The notes beneath the pieces are model-generated. The model searched no databases. It had not been told where the DNA came from and saw only the letters and a list, made by a program, of their open reading frames with translations. Both the position numbers and the translations under genes were made by a program. From Macrostomum hystrix (Eukaryota; Animalia; Platyhelminthes), in the NCBI GenBank assembly GCA_950097015.1, contig CATNEN010000002.1, positions 3,038,001 to 3,102,000 of the forward strand: a DNA stretch of 64,000 nucleotides. The letters run 5' to 3'. Below, piece by piece: positions 58,250 to 64,000 of the stretch. The stretch's first letter is position 1. Every line of letters begins with the position of its first letter.

Positions 58250-61200
58250 TCACATGCAGGACTGTTGGCCTCGTCGTAGGATGCAGGTGTCGCCTCGAAC
58301 CTCTTCTACCGTCCACGGCTGGGTCTCGAATGGCAGCTGAGTTTTGATGCGTGCCTGCTGCTTTCGGAGAACCATTGTGCCGGGAACTACTCTGTGCTCC
58401 TTGGCGGTGTTGCGCTTGTCAAAGGCTCGCTTCATTTCGCGCGTGTACTGCCGACTCCAGTCCCTCACGGCTTGATGGTCGAATCCAGTCACAGTTGGCT
58501 GCCGACTAGCCGGGATTCCGTCGTTGATCGCCCTGCCCATGAGTAGCTCGGCCGGGGTGCGTCCTGTGGCTCTGTGTGGCGTGGTGCGGAATGCCAGTAG
58601 CCAGTCGTCTAGAGCCTCTCTCCAGTTCCGGCCCTCAGCAATCGCCGTCTTGATCACCTTGCCAATGCTGCGGTTGACACGTTCGGTGGCTCCGTTGGAC
58701 TCCGGGTGCAGTGGACAGATAAGCCGGTGATGAACTCCATATGCGGTGAGGAAGTTACGAAATTCAGCGGAGTTGAAGGGCGGTCCGTTGTCGGTAATGA
58801 CCTCCGCGGGGATTCCGTGGCGACTGAAGAGCCGTCTCAGGTGCGGTGTCACGCTGCCGGCCGTGGTTGACTGCATTACGTCGACTTCTAGGTACTTGGA
58901 GTACAAGTCGGTGGTGACGAGCAGCATGTGACCTTGCACCGGACCGTAGAAGTCCATGCCGAGCAGCTGCCAAGGCCCGTCGGGCATTTCCGTCGGCTTT
59001 AGAGGCGTCTGGTGCACGTGCGTTGCTGCTGCCTGACAGTAGATGCAGCACTTGACAAAGACTTCGCAGTCGCTGTACATTTTTGGCCACCAGACCTTGG
59101 TTTGCAGGCGCTTTAGAGTCCTGTCCGCCCCGAGGTGTCCGGTGTGAGCCAGCTGCAGGATCGGCCTCCGCAGTGCCTCGGGGATGACGATGAGATCTCC
59201 ACGAAGCAGGACGCCGTCGTTCTCGGTTAGTTCGCTGCTGATGGACTTGAATGAGCGTTGCACCGGGCTGAGAGTGTTCCAGTTGCCGGTTCTGATCGCG
59301 CCGAGTGCGGCCTGCATTTCCGCATCAGTTCTTGCAGCCTCTCTGATCTGTTGGATTGTGAAGCCCTTTGGCACGGCACCAGTTGACACAGCGTTGACGT
59401 GGGCTTCATCGAGGACCTCGCCGATGTTTGGCCTCGACTCTGGCAGCGGCTGGCGGCTGAGCAGATCGGCTGGATTTGCTGGTCCCGGCCTGTACAACAG
59501 AGTAAAGCGGAGGTGCTGGATGCGGAGGGCCATTCGCTCGATCCGCGGCGGCGGGCGGGACCCCGGCTTGAACAGTGGAACTAGGGGCCGGTGGTCCGTC
59601 ACAACGGTGAAGTTCGGGTCGCCTGCCAGGTAATGTTCGAATTTCAGGCAGGCGAACTTGATGGCCAGCGCCTCCCGCTCGATCTGCGCATACCGCTGCT
59701 CCACCGGCGACAGAGCTCTGCTGGCATAGGCCACGGGACGGCTGCTGCCGTCTGGCTGCTTCTGGGTGAGAATGGCGCCGAGTCCGATCGGAGATGCGTC
59801 CACCAGGAGCTCCGTGTGCCGCTTGCGATCGAAGAATGCTAGCGTGTCGGCGTTGGCAATCGCACTTTTGATGCTGTTGAATGCCTTGGTGTGGCTGGCG
59901 GTCCAATCCCACGGCTGGCCCTTTTTAGTCAGTTGGCGCAGCGGGGCTGACACGTCAGCGTATCCAGAAATGAACTTCGCCAGAAAGTTTGCTGTGCCAA
60001 GGAATGACCGTATTTCTGAGACATTGGCGGGCTGCCGGAAGTCCTGCATTGCTTGGATCTTCTCGGCAGCTGGTTGGATGCCCTTGGCTGACAGATGCAT
60101 TCCGAGGAAGTCGACTGCTGGCTTGGCGAACTTGCACTTGTCTTTGTTCAACGTGATGCCAAACTCGCGGAGGCGTTGAAGACATACATTCAGTCTTTCA
60201 TGATGTTGTTTGATATCTGCGGCGTACACGATGACATCGTCGTGGACCCACCTGACGCCGTCGATGCCGCTGAGGATGCCTAGCATAACCCGTTGAAGGA
60301 TTTCTGAGGCGTTGGTAAATCCCATGCTCAGCGGCTTCAGTCGCATCAGTCCGAGCGGCGTGCTGAATGTGAACAGATATCGGCTGTCTTCGTGCACGGG
60401 GATCTGATAGAAAGCTTTCCGGATGTCAAGCTCGCTGAAAAGCTTGGCTCCAGACATCTCCTCGGTGACTTCGTCCAGTGTCGGGATCTGCTGCTTTTCC
60501 GGAACAACGAAGGCGTTCAGGTCGCGAAGGTCTTGGCAGAGCCTGACGCCGCCGTCCGCCTTGGGCACTACGACCATGCGTGCCACCCAGGCGCTGGGTC
60601 CCTTGACTGCTTCGATGATATCCTGTCGCTCCAATTCCTTCAGCTCGTCCACCACGGTTGCTCTTAGATGCGCCGCTACCCGGGAAGGCGCGTGGCAGAC
60701 TGGAACGGCGTCGCCTGACAGCTGCACTTTCACCTGGACGCCCTTGATGCATCCGATGCCTTCGAAGACTTCTCTGTGACGGTGCAGGATGTCTTGCAGC
60801 TGCGGTGACAGGCTCGCTGTGCTGTTTGAGTGCACGGCTTCCGTCCCGCTCGAATCGGGGCGCTGGATTTTGAGCACTCCGAGTCTGAATGCGGGCTCGC
60901 GACCGAGAATCGTCAGGCCGTCACCATCCATGATGTAGAACGGAATGACAGTGCTGGCTGATCCAACGTGGACTTGTAAGTCGGAGACACCAAGGATCTT
61001 CAGCGGTGAAGCGCAACCGTAGGCTCGCACCTCGGATTTTGGAGCTCGCAGATGCGGCCGGCTGAGCGTCTTGAAGGTGCATTTGCTCATAATGCTGCAG
61101 CTAGCTCCGCTATCAATCATCATCGAGAGCTGCTGATCTCCCACTTGGACTTTCAGCGAGACGTCGGGCGGATAGATGCCTTCCCTGTGTAGTGTGAACA

Positions 61201-62059
61201 CGTCTTGGCTGGAGGTGTCTCCAGGAGCTGTACTGTATGCGTTGGCGTGAATCTGCTGTTGGACTCTGTTGCTGCTTAACCGCGGCTGGCGGCAGGCCTT
61301 TGCTAGGTGGTTTGGCTTGCCACAGTTGTGGCAGATTTTGTCCTTGGCTGCGTCACAGGAAGCGTGGCCGCGCTCGCCGCAGCGGTAGCAGGTCTGTGAC
61401 TGGCTCTGCCTGGCCTCGCTGTGTGGTCTGCGTTTGTCTGACGCTGTTTGGCTTCTATTGGCCACGCTGGCCACCTGCGACTCGGTGGTCTTCTCCATCT
61501 CAGCAGCCTGTTCTTCCGCAGCTTCGAATGCTCTGGCCTTCCGCAGCGCGTCTTCCAGTGAGATGTTTGCTTCCTGGAGCAGCCGTCTGCGCAGCTTGTC
61601 GGAGGTGCATGTAGCAACAAGTTGGTCTCGGATGAGGGAGTCGCGTAAGTCGCCGAATTCACATGGTTCAGCAGCCGTCCGCAGTCTGCTGTACCAAGCT
61701 TCGATTTTCTCACCAGATTGTTGAACACACAGACGGAACTGGTATCGAGCGTAAACGGTGTTCTTTCTATCGTCGAAGTGTTGCTTCAGCCCCTTGAAGA
61801 TTGTCTGCAGTGTGTGCTCCTGCTCCTGGCCGTCGGCGTCAGACCTGGGCTTTGGTAGTTCCCGAATGATGTCCGAGACTTCCTTTCCGGCCGTGTAGCA
61901 GAGCAGCTTGCATTTTTGGTTTTCATTGGCAATTGCAGATGCCTCAATAAAGTCTGCGAATCGCGCTGACCATTCGTTCCAACGTTTGCCTGCGTTGTGC
62001 GGGTCATGAGTAATGAGAAATGGCTCGGGTGGAGGTAGAGAAACGTAGCTTGTGGCCAT
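58250..62059 (-). CDS. Gag-Pol polyprotein (single frame, 1269 aa from ATG 62059)
   Basis: Zn knuckles CYRCGERGH / CHNCGKPNHLAKAC; PR IDSGAS; RT LDIRKAFYQ, WVHDD; RH LVDASPIGLGA, YAQIEREALA; IN H-H-C-C, MDFYGP, TDNGPPF, NGATER. Confidence 0.93.
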   Translation of the reverse strand: MATSYVSLPPPEPFLITHDPHNAGKRWNEWSARFADFIEASAIANENQKCKLLCYTAGKEVSDIIRELPKPRSDADGQEQEHTLQTIFKGLKQHFDDRKNTVYARYQFRLCVQQSGEKIEAWYSRLRTAAEPCEFGDLRDSLIRDQLVATCTSDKLRRRLLQEANISLEDALRKARAFEAAEEQAAEMEKTTESQVASVANRSQTASDKRRPHSEARQSQSQTCYRCGERGHASCDAAKDKICHNCGKPNHLAKACRQPRLSSNRVQQQIHANAYSTAPGDTSSQDVFTLHREGIYPPDVSLKVQVGDQQLSMMIDSGASCSIMSKCTFKTLSRPHLRAPKSEVRAYGCASPLKILGVSDLQVHVGSASTVIPFYIMDGDGLTILGREPAFRLGVLKIQRPDSSGTEAVHSNSTASLSPQLQDILHRHREVFEGIGCIKGVQVKVQLSGDAVPVCHAPSRVAAHLRATVVDELKELERQDIIEAVKGPSAWVARMVVVPKADGGVRLCQDLRDLNAFVVPEKQQIPTLDEVTEEMSGAKLFSELDIRKAFYQIPVHEDSRYLFTFSTPLGLMRLKPLSMGFTNASEILQRVMLGILSGIDGVRWVHDDVIVYAADIKQHHERLNVCLQRLREFGITLNKDKCKFAKPAVDFLGMHLSAKGIQPAAEKIQAMQDFRQPANVSEIRSFLGTANFLAKFISGYADVSAPLRQLTKKGQPWDWTASHTKAFNSIKSAIANADTLAFFDRKRHTELLVDASPIGLGAILTQKQPDGSSRPVAYASRALSPVEQRYAQIEREALAIKFACLKFEHYLAGDPNFTVVTDHRPLVPLFKPGSRPPPRIERMALRIQHLRFTLLYRPGPANPADLLSRQPLPESRPNIGEVLDEAHVNAVSTGAVPKGFTIQQIREAARTDAEMQAALGAIRTGNWNTLSPVQRSFKSISSELTENDGVLLRGDLIVIPEALRRPILQLAHTGHLGADRTLKRLQTKVWWPKMYSDCEVFVKCCIYCQAAATHVHQTPLKPTEMPDGPWQLLGMDFYGPVQGHMLLVTTDLYSKYLEVDVMQSTTAGSVTPHLRRLFSRHGIPAEVITDNGPPFNSAEFRNFLTAYGVHHRLICPLHPESNGATERVNRSIGKVIKTAIAEGRNWREALDDWLLAFRTTPHRATGRTPAELLMGRAINDGIPASRQPTVTGFDHQAVRDWSRQYTREMKRAFDKRNTAKEHRVVPGTMVLRKQQARIKTQLPFETQPWTVEEVRGDTCILRRGQQSCM

Positions 62060-63981
62060 GCCCCGCGTTGGCTGCGATGGCTTGCGATGCCACTGTAGGA
62101 ACTGAGAAATGCGACTGTTTGTAGTCGATAGCCGAAATGTCACAAGAGCGATTTCAATGCGATTCAGTATATTTTATAACAGCCGAGTTGAGCTGGGGTG
62201 GCGGCTAAAGCCGCACCCCGTACATCAGTTAACGTGCGTGCCAAGGGGGGTAGAAAGGTGGCAGAGAGAAAGACGCAGAACGCCGCCAACCCCACGCACG
62301 CGTGACGGCTGGCGCCGCCTACAATTCTCTCCCCACTCCATTCTCTCCCCACTCTCCATTTTCTCCCCACTCTTTCTTCTCTCCCCACTCCATTCTCTCC
62401 CCACTCTCCATTTTCTCCCCACTCTCCATTTTCTCCCCACTCTCCATTTTCTCCCCACTCCATTCTCTCCTCATTGCTCTTTTTCCAGATTGTGTGGACT
62501 CTGGCAGCATTATTTTATTTTATTTCCATTTTCCCGTGAGGAAATCGAATTTAATTTTGTCCGTGTGCGTACTGTACTACATGTGCGAATTCTTTTAGCA
62601 GTGTCATTTTCCAATTAGTTATACTCTTGAGCACACTCTGAGAGTACTAGGCACTGCCGTGTTTATTTTCTAACTTTTTAAACTTTTATTTTCTTGGTTC
62701 CAGTGCGTTTTTTTACTTGAGCTGCCTCTTTGTTTCTGTAAAATTCTTCAGCGAGATAAACTTTACAAATTGCCGACGGATATGTTTGAGCTGGTACAGT
62801 GCGTTGAGCAGTAGGCGCGTTTTTCTGCGGCCATTTCTTCCTGTCTGCGGACAGGAGAAAACCGATCCCATTGTGCCTACTTACATAGTAGTGGCATTAG
62901 TATTTTGAAACCGACTGTTCGTATTTTTTCCATTGCGATTTTTATTTTACAAATCTAATCCCAATTTTAGTCCCAATTTTTCAGCAGTTTTTTCTAAATG
63001 CTAGCCGTCAACTAATTACAAATGTATCTTTGCTCAATTCAGAGTGTGTGCATGCGTGCCAGACCCAATGCTATTCCCATTTTGTCGAACTGTCCTAGCT
63101 GCCATTATTCGCCAGTTCGTATTTCCTTAGTCTTTTATTTTTCCAATTCAGCCTAATTCTAATTTACAGTATTTTTATTCACCTTACTACAAGTAGTAAA
63201 CGACTTGAAGTCAATCCTAATTTGCTTAAAACTTCTGGTTTGATTATGAAAACATTTCTGTGAAAAGTCTTACACAATAATTTCTTTCCTTTTATTCGGT
63301 TACCCGGATTGGACACCAACCCGTACCCTTCGCCCGAAAACTGACCCGGATTGGACACCAACCCGTACTCTTCGGCCGAAAACTGACCCGGATTGGACAC
63401 CAACCCGTACTCTTCGCCCGAAAACTGACCCGGACTGGACACCAACCCGTACTCTTCGCCCGAAAACTGACCCGGATTGGACACCAATCCGTACTCTTTG
63501 CACGGAAACTGACCCGGATTGGACACCAATCCGTACTCTTCGCCCGGAAACTGATCCGGATAGACAGCCCAGAGCATTCAGTACTTTTCGGGTCAAACTT
63601 CCGGTAATCTGTGTTCTCCGATCCGGTGTTTCGTCCCGGAACGTTTTTAGCTGATCCGGCTACCAGTTTTGGAACGAAAAAAGTATGAACGGCCGGATCA
63701 CGAACGAAATCCGGAGTACATTGTAAACTTTCGTCACTTTTTCGAGCCAATTTACCGGATCACAATACATTACAGAATAGGAAAAATTTCCGGGTGAAGA
63801 CAAAAATTTCCGGGCCAAGTTTCCGGGCGAATTTTTTGACGGGAGGGCTGGTTCTACTAATCTACCATAGACTACTAGTCAGGGCTGGTTCTACTAATCT
63901 ACCATAGACTACTAGTCAGGGCTGGTTCTACTAATCTACCATAGACTACTAGTCAGGGCTGGTTCTACTAATCTACCATAG
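58929..63981 (+). repeat. Long direct duplication of window 1..~5350
   Basis: Gypsy body, 5' LTR, AT-rich flank, 42-bp array (63300..63560) and 37-bp array (63844..63981) all recur in the same order. Confidence 0.93.
62094..62323 (-). repeat. 5' LTR (230 bp) with TATAAAA on the minus strand
   Basis: Matches the 3' LTR; plus-strand TTTTATA at about 62172..62178. Confidence 0.93.
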
Positions 63982-64000
63982 ATCTATGGTAGAATCCTCA

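Larger units (their letters stand above)
57656..62323 (-). mobile_element. Complete Ty3/Gypsy (Mag-like) LTR retrotransposon, 4668 bp
   Basis: LTRs 57656..57884 and 62094..62323 (3 differences); 5-bp TSD ATTCT (57651..57655, 62324..62328); PPT at 57885..57896; PBS-like TGGCATCGCAAG at 62081..62092; order gag-PR-RT-RH-IN. Confidence 0.96.

Noticed and set aside
60225-60255. Dead RT because the motif reads VHDD rather than YXDD
   Set aside because: Both catalytic aspartates are intact, both copies agree, and non-Tyr first positions occur in Mag-type elements.
62060-62143. GTG start inside the LTR for Gag-Pol
   Set aside because: The ATG at 62059 downstream of the PBS gives the typical Gag start; the extension runs through PBS and LTR.

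Overview
Eukaryotic (animal) genomic DNA. GC-rich spliced exons with poly-Q/poly-A tracts and introns filled with 16-45 bp minisatellites suggest a Macrostomum-like flatworm, but that is inference only. Minus-strand host genes: POLD1 (7 exons, 3' end outside the window), THOC5, a stand-alone SCP2-domain gene, a secreted PAN/Apple-like + WSC gene, and MED15 with two upstream KIX-only fragments. Plus strand: two paralogous ~1700-aa all-ankyrin genes and a probable Tudor-like/coiled-coil/BEN-domain gene. Mobile elements: a complete 4.67-kb Ty3/Gypsy (Mag-like) LTR retrotransposon with a second partial copy at the window start, a full-length but lesioned RTE-clade LINE, several tRNA-derived SINEs, a hAT MITE and a TTAA-flanked MITE. 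The first ~5.35 kb recur ~58.9 kb later at the window end. There is no CRISPR array or rRNA, and no credible intact tRNA gene. All exon structures were derived by eye from GT-AG boundaries and phase checks.
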